From: Macrostomum lignano
Taxonomy: Eukaryota
Direction of reading: 5' to 3'
Assembly: GCA_002269645.1 (NCBI GenBank)
Contig: NIVC01001552.1
Span: 205,134-269,133, forward strand
DNA length: 64,000 nt
Position 1 is the stretch's first letter; each line of letters begins with the position of its first letter. Shown piece after piece: positions 34,471 through 46,708 of the stretch. Made by a program: the position numbers and the translations under genes. The notes under the pieces were generated by a model. It was not told where the DNA came from, searched no databases, and saw nothing but the letters and a program-made list of their open reading frames with translations.

Positions 34471-37400
34471 ATGGCTGGAGCTTGTGATAGAACTGAACCA
34501 GTGTTTAGCATGGGTGCCGGAACCCTCTCCGTGCCTATGACTCTGCATGCCCAAAATCGACGTAGACTGTGCGAGCGGCTTCGTACCGACGCAGCTGCCG
34601 CCGCCGCCCAGGCATTGTGCTGCTTCAAGGCGAAACTGAACTGCCTAGAAATGGCACCGATGTTACTTATAATTTCCATCAGGATTCGTTTTTTCATTGG
34701 GCATTCGGAGTGCTGGAACCAGACTGTTATGGCGCCATTGATGTGGCCACTGGTCGTAGCTACATATTCATGCCCCGGCTGCCTGATGAATATGCTATCT
34801 GGATGGGCAGGCTGCAGACGACTGAAGATTTTCGGCGAAAGTACGCCGTTGATGAGGTGAGAATTAATTAGCGATTAGAGATCTGCTTGGAGTCTGGGAC
34901 TGCAATCAGGTTTTACTTACCCTTCTATCTACCCCTCTCACTTCTGTTTCTTGTTTCTTTCATTCTTCTCCATGGATACTGATAAAAGTATTTTTTTATT
35001 GAAAGTGAAATTCTGTTGCAGTTGCCAAGGCATTTCTAACAGGCCCATATTCTGCATCGATTTGAGATATAGACAAAACTTTCATCATCCGACTCTAACC
35101 GACATTCTACTCGTATGTGTGGAAGCGAGCCAAGAACAAGGACCACTAGAAGAAGAAAGACGGGACACTTTGTTTCTTGGAAAATTTATTAAAGGCTGAT
35201 TTTCACGGAAAAATGCACTAGCGAGATAGAAACTTTTCACTTTAAAATGGTGATAGCTTTTTATTGGAAGCAGATACAAAGCTCTTCTTTTGATATAACT
35301 TACAAAACATGTTGCGTTGCTTTAAAAAAACAGTGTTTTTTAGGATCTGTAAGGACCCAATTACCCTTTACCTCTCTTCTTTCTGCCCTTTTTCTCCTCT
35401 TTCTAATTCTCTATTTAGGCTTACCCTTTTCTCATGTAACCTTATCATGTTACCTTTCTCATGTTACAGTCCTCTCCGCTTCTCTTACTGTAACCATTTT
35501 CGACTCGTGAGATCTAAGCTACCGTTTATTATTTGATCAATTTCTCTGCTCTTAGTGGACATCTGGTTTGATTTGGTAGTTCGCCCTAATTATAGTACAA
35601 TTAAGATTAGAGATTGAAGAATTGAGACAGCAATCCGAGGAGATTTATTCTTTCGAAAGATTTAGAACAAACAGAAAACAATACAAGCATGCAATAGGTT
35701 TTAATAGGTTTCTAAGTATTAGACACTTATTAAACGTGCAAAAGTATTTAATTAGGCATGACCACTGTTAACAGTATTACGTTTCCTTAATCCCATTATT
35801 ACTTTAAGTTTTCGTAGTCTGACTATTTTAACAAACTACGATACCTAAATCCACCCTAAAAACTAAAATTATTCTAACGGAACCCAGCTTCTCTCTACTA
35901 GTAGAGAAACTCCCAAGCTCCCTGTCTATCCCCATCGCTAACATTTCCTAAGCCTGAACTACTATTAGTAGGTTAAAAGCATATCTACTCTATTACAATT
36001 ATTAGAAAATGTCACAAGCATTTATTATTACTGTTACTCAGGTGCACTACGTAGACGAGATACCCAAAGTGCTGGCCAGCCTAGGCCAGGCCTCCGCGCC
36101 TCCAACTCTGCTAACCCTATCCGGCGTGAACTCGGACAGTCGCCTGCGAACTCGCGAGGCCGCGTTCGATGGTATTGGCGAATTCCCAGTCGATCGGGAA
36201 CGCCTCTACGAAGCCATCTGCGAGTGTAGAGTGATTAAAACTGACTTAGAATTGGAGGTGCTGCGCTATTCGAATCGGGTCAGTAGCGAAGCTCATCGTC
36301 GCGTAATGCGAGCGGTTCGACCCGGCTGGCGGGAGTACCAGGCCGAGTCGACATTTCAACACTACTGCTATCACACTGGCGGCATGAGGCACGTGGCTTA
36401 CACCTGCATTGGCGCTTCCGGCTGCAACTGCGCCGTGCTGCACTATGGCCACGCTGGAGCGCCAAATGAACGGCTTATTAACAATGGCGATATGTGCCTG
36501 TTTGATATGGGCGGCGAGTACTATGGCTATGCCAGCGATATCACCTGTAGCTTCCCGGTGAATGGCAAGTTCACGCCTAATCAACGGCTGGTATACGAGG
36601 TAAGAACGGGTTTTACAAGAGTTCAGCAAGACACTTCACTCTGCATTGCTTCAGTTCACCCAGCTGTAAAATGGGTGCCAGCATTAGCTGGGGTAATTGA
36701 GGGTGTGTGGCGACCCCCCAGTCCTTGGACTTAACAGCCGTACGCAGCCTTCAGGCGCGCCGCGCAATAGCTGCGGCTGAGCTGTCGGTTGCACATCTGG
36801 CACAATGTGGGAGGTTTAATCAATTATTATTATTATTACTATTAATACTACTATATGAATTGTCTGTAGAATGTAAATATGTGGTCTGCATATTTCTTCA
36901 ACATCTGTGAGTAAGAAAGGCTTAATAATGTAAAGGATAGGGTAGAGATTTGTTTCAAGAGTTTAGACCTAGGATGCTAAATATCACAGTGATTTTTGCG
37001 TATCAGCAATCAAGGACGATCTAAGTAGGAGATGCGTAAAATCGTTTTTTAGAATATTTTACAGATTTTTTCATTGAAACCAGATTGTAAGCTCATCGCT
37101 TTGCATGACATGTCTGTCATTGCAATCCATCATTAGTTTCTGCAAACCTTTGTTTTTAGAAACTAAAAAAGGATCTAACTATTTTTTTATTACGTAAGCT
37201 TAAATAAATGTAATCAACAAAAATAGTTAAGAGTAAACATATTCTTTAAATTACCTAATATTTACCCCGAGATTCTAAACGATGCAACAGTCAGAGCTGC
37301 TATGCTATGTCGCCTCTTAATTTGCGTTTTTGCTCCCCCCTTTGTAAACTAACTTAACTGATAATTTAAATTAACTTACTCAAGCCTTGGATTCAGAACT

Positions 37401-40400
37401 GAAAGATAAAAAATCATTTGTGTATGTATGCGCACCGCTGATAGCATAGCGCGCCCTTGCTTTACTATGTATAGATTCAGAGCTATAGAAAAAGCAAAAC
37501 TGTTCTCACACAACGCTAACTTGGTTAACTTACATGCATTGTCAACATTCAAGCATAGCTGTGTAGTGGCGCCATTGTGTTTCCCTGACAGTTTGGTAGC
37601 AGTAAATCTTGCCTATAGGGCCGTGAGAAAATTAGGAATAGGAAAAAACTGAAGAATGGAGTAATCGGTTTCCCTGCTGCTCAACCTGAACTCTTTTTGT
37701 GTAAAGCTATTTTGCTCATTAACCTGCTGATGACAGTCTTGAAAGGTTGACTACATTTGTTACTTGTCACCTTTGTTTGAGTTTGCAAAAGTCGGCCTAG
37801 AGACAGGCAATGCGTCATTCAAAATCTTTCATCGAGTTTTTTTCTCTTGAGGCTGACAGAATCGTAGCTACAGCATACAGAAGCAGGTGCGCAAAATCTC
37901 ACAGATGTTTTTGCAAAAGAAATCCCCTCCGCTTCAGAAAAGCGTCGTCTTTGCAAACTGTCAATTTCTCGTAAAAAAAGAGGGAAGACAAAAGCTTTTT
38001 GTCAGCACGCTATTGTTTCTATGGTGCGGCGGTCCAGGTTCGATGTCCATATATTGTCAACGGTAACGAGACCGTTAGAAATGAAAAAATAATAGCCTTT
38101 ATTCGTATAGCTAAGCATTTCAAGCTACGCCATATCGAAACTTCTAAGCTGAGAATAAATCCTATTTATTGAAACCTTGTCGTCCGATCCTCTGCGGCTA
38201 ACCAGAAATGCGCTTGTAAGTTTTCGTTCTGTTAGCGCAGTCAGATGCGTCTTTCTTGAAACTTGCAACGATGTTCAATCATGCAAAGATGGCAATTTTT
38301 GAATGCTTTTTTTTCAGACTAGTTACCAGCCTCATCTGCGTGTCCGTATTGACACCAGTATTGATAGTTGTTGCTAGTGCTTGTGACAGCGTATTGAAAG
38401 TGAAATTTCACGAAACAATCGGAGTAGATTGTGTGCATTCTAACTTCACAAGGATTGTGTGGGGCTCCTGCGATCCGGCGGCTTGCAGTTTTCACTGCGC
38501 TAAGCTGCACAACTGCCAGGCCTTCACGCTGTATCGTGATAGTAGCACCTGTCTGTGCAAGCTGTTCCTGTTTGATAGGTGCAGTCACCGTGTGCAGTCT
38601 GAGACCAACTGCTCACGCCAAGTGGCTGTGTACGTGAGGTCTCTACCCAACATGCCACTCGGTCGCTTGTGCCCACCCGGATACAAGTTCACTCGATTTG
38701 GCACCGCCTATAAAGTTTTACCGATTGAAGCGAATAGTTGGACTGAGGCGAAATTGAATTGTGAACAAGATGGCGAACTGGCTAAATTTGCTGACATTTT
38801 TTATGTTGATGAAGCTGAATACTTAAGGTCGATACTAAACTTAGCGAACCACTCGTCGGATCGTTATTACGTCGGTGACTACCAATTGTCTACCTACACC
38901 AGTGTCACTGATGGGTGGATCTGGAGCGCCTGCAATGTGAGCTTTCAATCCGAGGTTTGGAAGTCAGACAGGCCAGAAGAAGGCCTTACTGAGGATAAAG
39001 GCTGCGTTCAAATGTCTTCGTCGTCAGATATTGGTGTTGACGATACAGCCTGCAACAGAAGAAAGCGATTTATCTGCGAGTGTCAGAGCGTTTTCTAAGA
39101 CGGCTTTAAAACATTTTCAATACTGAAAATTGATATTTAAAATACAACTCACTGCTGATAAAAGAAGTCAAACAATTAAGATTTGTTTAAATATATTTAG
39201 AAAGAAGTCGTGAAAACTTAAAGGCATAAGTTTCTGGACATGATTTATGAATATCGAATTTTTATTGTTTGTCCAATTGTGTGGCAAAAATCGGGTCATT
39301 TTTGGAAGCAAGACCTTATAATAATAATAATTGATTACACCAGCCCTAATGGGAAGAAGATGTGCAACCGACAGCTCAGCCGCAGCGAATCTGAAGGCTG
39401 CGTACGGCTGTTCAGTCCAAGGACTTAAAGGTCGCCACACGCACCCTCAATTACCCCAGCTAATGCTGGCACCCATTTTACAGCTGGGTGAACTGCTTAC
39501 TGCTCAAAGACAAAAATGATTCCGAATTGGTCGTTAATCGGGAATCGAACCCCCGACCTCTCAGTCGCCAGCCTGACGCTCTAATCTAACTACAACACCC
39601 TTACATTGAGTACAAAATACGCATAAATACTGAATTATAAATCTACTTGTTTCTTTTACTTTATGAAGCTACTGCAGAGCTTAGGATTTTTTAACTCAAT
39701 TTTTCTCTCGTTACCCCCAGGCCGTGCTGGACGCTAATCGAGCCGTTTTAGCGGCTTTCCGACCCGGCGCCTCTTGGCCAGATCTGCATCTGTTGTCCTT
39801 GCGCATCATTCTACGCCATCTAATTGAAATGGGCATCTTGAAAGGCGATCTGGACGAGATGATGGCCGTCAAATTGGGCGCCGTGTTTATGCCGCACGGG
39901 CTCGGCCATCTGATGGGGCTGGATGTTCACGATGTGGGCGGCTATCCGAACGGCGGCTCAAGATCGACGGATCCGAATTTAAGGTCGCTGAGAACTTTAC
40001 GCACCCTAGAGGCCGGAATGGTGCTGACGATTGAGCCGGGACTCTACTTTCAGGTACGTCTGATTAGCGCTCAGTCTTGAAATGTAAAGCTTTCATACAT
40101 TCATACCTACTTTCATACCTATAGTTAAAAGCTGCACTGATCCTTGAATCTAGATAGCTCATGGAAGTTGTACTAAGTTGAAGCTCACTCTTTACATCAA
40201 GGACCAGATAAAAAATCCATCTCATGGCTGCGGGGCCAAATGAGATTGGAAAATAGATGGAATAGATAAGCTATGAGAGAAGTGATGAGAGGCGAGAGAT
40301 GGGATGAGAAAAATATCGAAAAGAGGAGAGAAGAGGGGAGAAAGTGGAGAGGGAAGGAAAGAGAGGAGATAGAGTAGAGAGGAGAGGAGGAAAAGGAGAG

Positions 40401-41606
40401 GGAAGAGGAGGAAAAGGAGAGGGAAGAGGAGAGGAGAGCGAGAGAGAAAAGAGAGGAGAAAGAGAAAAAAGAGAAGAGAGAAAAGAGAAAGGAGAGAGAA
40501 GAGAGGAGAGCTAGAGACGAGAAAAAGAGAGTAGAGAGAGTAGAGAAGTGGCGAGAAAGAGGAGGAGAGAGAGGCGAGGAGAGAGAAGACAGGAAAGCAG
40601 AAAGACGAGAAAAGAGAGAGGGGAGCGAGAGAGTAGATGAGAGGCGAGAGAGGGGAGAAAAGAGAGGAGAGGAGAGAAGGGGAGAGAGGATAGGAAAGGA
40701 GAGAAAGAAGAGGAGAGGAGAAAAGAGAGAAAAAGGAGGGAGATGGGAGAGAACAGAGGGAAAGGAGGGAGAGGAGATAGAAGAGAGGAAAAGGAGGGAG
40801 AAGGGAGAGAAGAGAGGGAAAGGAGGGAGAGGGGAGAGAAGAGAGGGAAAGGAGGGAGAGGGGAGAGAAGAGAGGGAAAGGAGGGAGAAGGGAAAGAAGA
40901 GAGGGAAAGGAGGGAGGGGAGAGAAGAGAGGGAAAGGAGGGAGAGGGGAGAGAAGAGAGGGAAAGGAGGGAGAGGGGAGAGAAGAGAGGGAAAGGAGGGA
41001 GAAGGGAAAGAAGAGAGGGAAAGGAGGGAGAGGAGAGAAGAGAGGGAAAGGAGGGAGAAGGGAAAGAAGAGAGGGAAAGGAGGGAGAGGAGAGAAGAGAG
41101 GGAAAGGAGGGAGAGGGGAGAGAAGAGAGAGAGCTGAAAAGAGACAGAAAATGTTGTGTAGTTTTAAAGGACCCGGGCGCTGAATTAAAAAGGCTTTGTA
41201 AGCCGCATTCGGCCTGTGAGCCGGAGTGACCCCTACTCTAGAAATCCCTAGATTTTTTAATTCGTGATGCCAAAGTTCAAAGCTCTTGAAATTCTAGATC
41301 CAGCTTACAATTGACCTTTTTAATTATTTACATACATTTATTATAATTAATTGTCAACGCCATGCCTCGCTAAACCCTCAGGACGCCCTGCTCGACCGAG
41401 CCCTGGCCAATCCCGAGCAGGCTCGATTCTTCAATGTCGATCGACTGGCTGAATTCCGCGGCACCGGCGGCGTCCGAATCGAAGACGACGTTGTGGTCAC
41501 GGCCGACGGCGCCGAACTGATGACCGACGTGCCTCGAACCGTTGACGAAATCGAAGCTTTCATGGCCGGCCGGGAGGCTGATTCCGCTGGCAAGCCGGCG
41601 CCTTAG
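34471..41606 (+). CDS. PEPD: Xaa-Pro dipeptidase (prolidase). Exons 34471-34856 (with a -1 frameshift near 34608), 36042-36599, 39721-40053, 41382-41606
   Basis: [65 protein letters not shown] and GGVRIEDD carry the M24B metal ligands. All introns are phase-0 GT-AG. Confidence 0.95.
36632..36850 (+). mobile_element. 5'-truncated SINE copy (body plus (ATT)n tail) in PEPD intron 2
   Basis: About 110 nt nearly identical to the reverse complement of 39395-39500 (CAGTTCACCCAGCTGTAAAATGGGTGCCAGC...). Confidence 0.85.
38271..39098 (+). CDS. Intronless secreted PAN/apple + C-type lectin domain protein nested in PEPD intron 2
   Basis: N-terminal hydrophobic segment; PAN-like C..HC....C.AF; CTLD CPPGY...SWTEAKLNC...YYVG...WIW...W...GCV...DDTAC......FICE. 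Start is ATG 38271 or 38289. Confidence 0.85.
   Translation: MFNHAKMAIFECFFFRLVTSLICVSVLTPVLIVVASACDSVLKVKFHETIGVDCVHSNFTRIVWGSCDPAACSFHCAKLHNCQAFTLYRDSSTCLCKLFLFDRCSHRVQSETNCSRQVAVYVRSLPNMPLGRLCPPGYKFTRFGTAYKVLPIEANSWTEAKLNCEQDGELAKFADIFYVDEAEYLRSILNLANHSSDRYYVGDYQLSTYTSVTDGWIWSACNVSFQSEVWKSDRPEEGLTEDKGCVQMSSSSDIGVDDTACNRRKRFICECQSVF
39317..39600 (-). mobile_element. Full-length tRNA-derived SINE (Pol III A/B boxes, body, (ATT)n tail)
   Basis: Minus-strand head GGGTGTTGTAGTTAGATTAGAGCG...GGTTCGATTCCC, followed by the shared body and ATT tail. Confidence 0.85.
40260..41140 (+). repeat. ~0.9-kb homopurine (GA-rich) low-complexity tract in PEPD intron 3
   Basis: Almost no pyrimidines on the + strand. 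Confidence 0.95.
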
Positions 41607-44600
41607 AGTCCTGGGCTGCATCTGAGATTGAACTGGACTTTTATCTGGATATATTATGCATATGCACTATATTTATCCTTATAATTCGTTGTCATTAAAA
41701 TCATAAATCAATTGGCATGATTGACTTATCTTGTTGTGCTTTACTTATTGATCTTGTTGATTCTCTGATCGCAATTCACTATTTTCCCTTAAAAATCGGC
41801 ACTATTAAATTTGTTAAAACTCAGCTTTTGTTAAAATTTAAATTTAATTTGAATATTTACTTCCCGGTTTTAGTGAGCTAAAAACAGAATTCATTTTCTA
41901 ATCGATTTGTAAACTGACTACTTCATTATACCATTTGATTAAATTATTTTGTTTTTTTATTTTGATCCCTAATAAAAATGAACGTTTCACCTTGCAAATG
42001 ATTTGAAATCTAAAATCAAACTCGATTATCGTCATTATTTTCAATAAAAGCTTTCAGAATTATTGTTTTGTTTGCCAATTGATAGTAATCATTTTGCTTA
42101 GCAGTTTTTAAATTTTGACTTTTTAACTTAACATTGGGTTTCAATAGTAACTTGGTACAGATTTTTTGAAATAATTTTGTAAGTCTTTTTGCAACCAACA
42201 ATGACGATTTAAGTCGTCATAAGTTCCTATATAAGCAAATGGAATCATATGCAGATGGTGTCAAGACAGGATTAAGATGAAATACAGACTAATCTATACG
42301 ACGAAATACATCGTTGTATCTACCGAGGAAATCAACAGTTCCGATCATTGAACACTTTATCCATCGACGCAAACAACAGATCCTACTAAGATCCTTCTAA
42401 GAATCTTTACTTAAAGTGTACATACAGCTGTAGATCACAATATTGGAATAGAAATTTCCACCAAATATGTACCTTTATAGCTACAGAATATGCTGTGTGT
42501 CCTTGTGTTATGTACTGTCACATAACGATCGGACAGACGATTTTTATATTTTATGATCTCTATTTCAGGTGAACCAATTAATTCAGCGAAATAAAAATGA
42601 GCACAAAAACTAGAGAATAAAATTATTTCTTTAACGAAATTAGAGTTAGTATAATATCTCTTACTATAATGCCGTTGTAAAAAATAACAAAATAGCTAGG
42701 CTACCGATTATCTAAGCTAAAATGAATTCTTTGGGCAGCAAAAGCTAAAAATATGCATTAGTTTTTAAAATTAAGATGCCTAAAGCAGTCAGGTAAATCA
42801 ATAGTCAAATCGCAGAAAACATTTGTGTTTGGCACCGTTTGCCAAAACATTTCTTGGAAACACCTGACAACTTAGAAAAATGGACTGATTTAGGAATTTT
42901 AGGACAGCGTCCAGCGATATTATAGATCCGCTGTTTTTGGTTATCTGAGTCTATGTCTGTCCTGGCTAGGCGACCTAGGTTTACACTATAGTACATGTAT
43001 GCTCATTCAATTTAACACACAAATCGATTCAATTTAAACTAGGCCTACTGTCTACAGATAACAGACAGTTATGAGTTACAACACTTATTTTTTATTATTT
43101 TTCGTTTTTGTACCCTTCTTTCTTAACTATTTTCTATTTTACCTAGTCCTAAAACTACTGCTTAGGTGTTTATCTAGGTTAGGCTTAGCATTTGTTATCA
43201 AATATAAAATCCTATGCCAAATCATATAGCTAGGCCTAGGCTATGGGTTGGCTATGCCTAGGCTATGCTAGGCCTAAGCAGTTTTAAAACTTTTGTGTTA
43301 CATTATAAGTGTTACATTTTAATTGTAGGCAGATCGTATGGTTGGAGTGTGCCATCAATATTCAATATTAATCATACTCAGGATCATATCATTTGTTGGA
43401 TTTGTGCTAGTGTATATGGAAATGGATCATGTATGTGTTGTGTACACCAGACCAAATTTGGACGTCAAGAACTTTGTATACCAATGTACGCCAAAAACAA
43501 AATGTTGTGCTAAAATGTACACCAAAAACTCCTAAAAAAGGTAATAAAATTTTCATAAGTTTTCTAAGAAAGGCTTTTGTATGAAAAGTGTTTTTAAAAT
43601 ATTATGAATATTTTAAATTTAAACAAACTTAAATTTATACCTACAAAAATATGATGCAAAATGATACTCTTAGCAAAAATTTACACTAATTTTATTCATT
43701 GTTAATTTCAAAAGAAGCAAAAATTTTATCACTGACAATACAAATTTTCTGTTATTTTATATAAAAATGTTAATTTAGATTACAATTTTCAAGCATGGCA
43801 TGAATTTATTCACCAAAATTTGTATGCCAAAAAAGTATGCGTGGCTGTGTTACTTGTGTATGCCAATGGTGAATCCAACAAAGTTTTCCAGGGGTTGTGT
43901 AGGCTATGCCGAATGTGTATACCAAAGACTTAGGGTGGACGTTTTATATGCCGGAACTTTCTGGTGTACATGCATATTATCCGCAACCTCGGATTTGTGC
44001 CAGAAATTTCTAGCATACATTTATGATAGCTAGGGCTAGTGTATAAGGCCTAGATAGGCCTACTTGGTGCCCCAATGGCAGTGCATAGGCATCTAGCGTG
44101 GATTAGCCTTGCACAGTGTGGTGAAGTAGCAGGAGGCAACAGGACTACAGCTAAAAAGTGTAAAGTGCTCCCCTGTCTATTGGGGATATAGTTATTTCAT
44201 CTGTTGTCAATTTGTCTACTGGCAAAAAATGACTAGGTAGGAGTGTTGATTGTTTGTTTTAGCAATAAGGTGCATATTTTGTAGTTGAAAACATTATTAG
44301 ATAATTAATTCATGCATAATTTAGTCACTAATATTTAAAGCAAAGTGAAGCAATTTGTTATAGTTTGTTTATATGTTATATAGTTTAATTTAAAATAGGG
44401 CCTACATTTCTTACTATGATTTCCTAAATGTTTTAACTGTGATTTCTAAACATTTTAACTGTGATTTATTTCTAAATGTTTCAACTGTAGTCTCAGTCTA
44501 TAACTTTTAACTTTAACATTTTAAATTTTTACATATTAAATTTTTATATTTTATGTCTACTTTTTCTTTTCAATTATGGAAAGTTAGCAAATTTTGATTT

Positions 44601-45402
44601 CAATAGAAAATGCTCTTTTAAAATATCTCAAATAATCCTAAAGCGTGGTAAAATAGTTTGACTCTTTTCTAAAGTGCATGTCTGCAGGTTTTTAATATTT
44701 ATTCTAATAGGGCTTTTATTGGACAAAACAGCAGACAAACCGTCCACCCTAGCATAGACCTCCAGCTAACAAATTGACAGTAGACAAAATTACTTGCAAC
44801 TAATTCTATTGTGCCACTGTGACACAGTTAGTCTATTATAGTAGATTACATATTGAAGTATTCATAAAAAAATTCAGGCATATATTGGTCTTGCACACTA
44901 AAAGTTGGCATGCACAGTTTGTATATAGAACTCTTAAGAAAATAGTATGAGTGTACACCTGGCATGTACTTCATAGAATCATATGGAAGAGTTAGTATTA
45001 AATAGAAAAATATCATTTCAAAAAGTTTATTTTTAAGCCTAAATTTTAAGCTTTCCAATTTATAAGCTCATAACATTTTATTTTGCAACATAGCATTTTG
45101 TATAATAGCTTGTAACATCAATTTTCCACTAAAGATAGTCTAGGCAAGAAAGAAAAAAAGTAGCATTCTACCATAATTATGGCTACAGTTATGGGAAAGT
45201 TCGGGGTGACACTTTTTTAAACAAAATTTGGTTACAGATTGTGGCTATGGAGATATTGCCAATTGGCGGCTATGGTTATGGATTACAGAGATTTGGAGCA
45301 CCATATGTAATTTCCTGTAACAATATAAATTAAATACAAATTCTCTTTTTTGTAAAGAAAGTTATTTTTATTTAAATTTTTATATTCTTGGCTAGATAAA
45401 TA

Positions 45403-46407
45403 TGAGGGATGTCCCAAAAGTTCCCGGAATGTCTAAAGTAGCTCTTCAACAGAGCCATGAAATTTTACACCCATGGTTTCAAATGAAAGGAATTTTGTCA
45501 CAAAAAACAAATTTAAAATCATGTTGATATCTTTTTCTACTCAGGAGCTACAGCAAGAAAGTGTGCAAAGGTCAGGGGTAATATTACACAACCTCACATA
45601 TCAATGAAAAAATTTTTTATCTCTATTTTTGGATATTTTCATTTTGAATTCGTGCTACTAATGTGTTAGAAAGACATGGTAGTGTCTATGGAAAAAAGCA
45701 GAAATTCTCATAAAGCTAATCTGAGCTTTTGCATGTGCAAGTGCAGATAATTTGTAGCAAGCGCTTGCTTTCAACTTGAAATTTCTTTGTGAAAATAAGG
45801 TCTCCTCAGAGCCTTGAAAGTCAGCAAAGTCAAGTTTTTGCCCTTTGGTCAGTAGGATGGAGTGGAGCCTGACCACTTATTCTCTATCCATGGTGAAAAC
45901 AACCTTAAAAAATTGCCATTTATGGATGGATCAAAGAGATGGCCAGTCTGCTATGAATGATCAGCCACGCTCTGGCTGTCCTTGCACATTGGGTGGTAAG
46001 ACAGATTGAAACAGTTTTGCCCAGGCCATCAATGGCATGCTTTCAAGGTGGCAGCAGTATGTCCAGCTGAATGGGGACTACGTGGAGAAGCCACAGGTTG
46101 AGCTTGACGATTCGCTTTGAATTTTGAATTGGTGCATGCCCTAAGGATTCATCAACGGTATGAACTGTTCTGTGTTTTTTTTGTTTAAAATCATTGCCAT
46201 AGATTTTTGAGATTTTGTAACACTACCCCTGACCTTTGCGCACGTTTCTTGCTGCAGCTCCTGAGTAGAAAAAGATATCAACATGATTTTAACTTTGTTT
46301 TCTTTGTGACAAAATTTCCCCTTTCATTTGACACCATGAGTGTGAAATTTCATGGCTCCGTTGAAGAGCTACATTAGACATTCCGGGAACTTTTGGGACA
46401 CCCCTCG
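45403..46407 (+). mobile_element. Internally deleted mariner/Tc1 element with ~200-bp TIRs and TA TSD
   Basis: TA|TGAGGG...CCCTCG|TA ends. Internal remnants RDGQSAMNDQPRSGCP (HTH linker, near 45940) and SRWQQYVQLNGDYVEK (C-terminus, near 46050). Confidence 0.88.
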
Positions 46408-46458
46408 TAGATAAATTACTGGCTATCTCATATTAAATGCATTTATATTTGTTGTACC

Positions 46459-46690
46459 TGTGGTGACTGCGTTTAGCTTTCTGTGCAGAGTGGGGGATGG
46501 GGGGCTGTCTCTCTCTCTCTCTCTCTCGGATTGTACTCGCGCATGTGCGTACTCTGGAGCGCGAACACGACAGAGGTAGCGGCTGATTGGTCAGCCTAGT
46601 CAGGCTGGAAAATAAACTGGTATTTATTGAGAGAGCTAGGCTTGGCCGGCTCTAAGATTCCTCTCTGCAAGCCACACAGACTTTGTTACA
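46459..46690 (+). repeat. 5' LTR (232 bp)
   Basis: Differs from the 3' LTR by 3 substitutions and 2 slippage indels. Confidence 0.96.
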
Positions 46691-46691
46691 G

Positions 46692-46702
46692 TGGCGACGA
46701 GG
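46692..46702 (+). promoter_or_regulatory. Primer-binding site TGGCGACGAGG (tRNA-Ser(GCU)-type)
   Basis: One nucleotide after the 5' LTR; complementary to the CCUCGUCGCCA 3' end of animal tRNA-Ser(GCU), recalled from memory. Confidence 0.8.
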
Positions 46703-46708
46703 TGACTA

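Noticed and set aside
34600-34615. Programmed -1 ribosomal frameshift in PEPD or the F-box gene
   Set aside because: No X XXY YYZ slippery heptamer; a missing base in a short G/C run is more parsimonious
36600-36734. Read-through extension of PEPD exon 2 (VHPAVKWVP...)
   Set aside because: Lies past a strong GAG|GTAAGA donor and is SINE-derived
37725-37760. CTGATGA...GAAA hammerhead ribozyme core
   Set aside because: Stem II cannot pair and no stem I/III with an NUH site was found
39530-39600. tRNA gene on the minus strand
   Set aside because: No closing acceptor stem; it runs into a body and ATT tail shared with another copy, so it is a SINE head
40743-41183. Charged E/R/G/K-rich ORF
   Set aside because: Translation of the homopurine tract in a PEPD intron
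43931-44751. Inverted repeat TAGGGTGGACG...CGTCCACCCTA as a hAT MITE
   Set aside because: Only about 14 bp of match and no clean TSD; too weak to call
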